A DNA stretch of 63,926 nucleotides, filler included, from Trichomonas gallinae (Eukaryota), in assembly GCA_008369845.1 (NCBI GenBank). It is 5 parts of 5 records of this genome, joined end to end, with 100 filler letters (N's around TTAATTAATTAA, not from the genome) between each part and the next. Parts side by side here need not be neighbours in the genome. Positions count along the whole stretch, not along the records: positions 62,467 to 63,926 come from MRSU01000560.1; 4 more parts are not named here. One strand, 5' to 3'. The number at the start of each line of letters is the position of its first letter. The first letter of the stretch is position 1. Of the stretch, positions 63,200 through 63,926 are shown one piece after another. Made by a program: the position numbers and the translations under genes. The notes beneath the pieces are model-generated. The model was not told where the DNA came from. It did not search any database and saw only the letters and a list, made by a program, of their open reading frames with translations.

Positions 63200-63848
63200 C
63201 ACAATACAAATGTTATATTTATTTACACGAAGTTTGCATTTTATTTCTTGAAATTTAAATAAGTTTTGTTTTCTACAAATCTATTATCAAAATATTACCT
63301 CCATTGTCACATATGATAAAAATTTACCATAAAATTGCATAATAATTTTTATGAATGAAAATAGACAATGCTTTGTTGCACAATTAAAAATTGATCAAGT
63401 TACAGCATGTATTGCATACATATTAAATAATAAGATTTGAAAAATATGAATATTATTGAAAAAGAATTTTCTAAAAAATTGTCATTAAAGATATCGTTCT
63501 AGAAACTTATTAGTTCTTGAAAAGAATAATTGATGATGAAATAAGACATTTTAGAATATAATGACGAAAAAATAAAATTCGCATGGAAATTGAGTTTGTG
63601 TATTTCCTTAAAGTTCTTCAAAAACTACATTCTTATTGTTGTGCAATAGTAATAACAGTAAAATATTTTCATATTTTTTTGAAATCAAAATTTTGAAAGA
63701 TTTTACACATAAATATTGTTTTAATGACTAGAACTTTATGATTTATGCTAGGATCGAAATAACAAAAAGTTTAAATTTAATTCTTTTTTTTTTCCAAAAT
63801 CAATAGATATTTATCTTGTTATCATTATTCATTTTTGGATACATGCTG

Positions 63849-63926
63849 TAGGGATGCAAATTTGGAAATAATCCTGGGATTTTCCAGGATCCATTTTTTA
63901 AAACTTCTTGGTCGGATAAAATTTTG
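63849..63926 (+). mobile_element. Possible left end of a hAT element running off the window
   Basis: TAGGGATGCAAA resembles the Ac-type TIR TAGGGATGAAA and is followed by a GC-richer subterminal palindrome ATCCTGG..CCAGGAT. The partner end is not visible. Confidence 0.35.

Overview
AT-rich, apparently intron-less eukaryotic DNA from a parabasalid, most likely a Trichomonas species. The evidence is a hydrogenosomal-type leader on an [FeFe]-hydrogenase-like protein, TCAYT initiator elements just upstream of ATGs, and Myb, TKL, CAMK and GT61-like family genes typical of the group. The window is five contigs joined by artificial N44-TTAATTAATTAA-N44 linkers, so adjacency across 23922, 35360, 43393 and 62367 is not biological evidence. 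There are about 25 genes. They include a membrane-anchored bacterial-type GH129-like glycosidase, a hydrogenase-like protein lacking its di-iron-site residues, a dynein heavy chain lacking the AAA1 P-loop, deoC, GT17, two GT61-like proteins, a ZGRF1-like helicase, a DEAD-box helicase with a long FGG/RGG N-terminus and a hAT-transposase-derived ORF. A long-TIR non-autonomous transposon interrupts the first of three tandem, apparently disabled beta-helix-like paralogues. The most striking unexplained signal is a TGNCATGTA motif that recurs upstream of unrelated genes, in three places as arrays spaced about 20-21 bp apart. All family calls come from reading motifs by eye; no searches were run.
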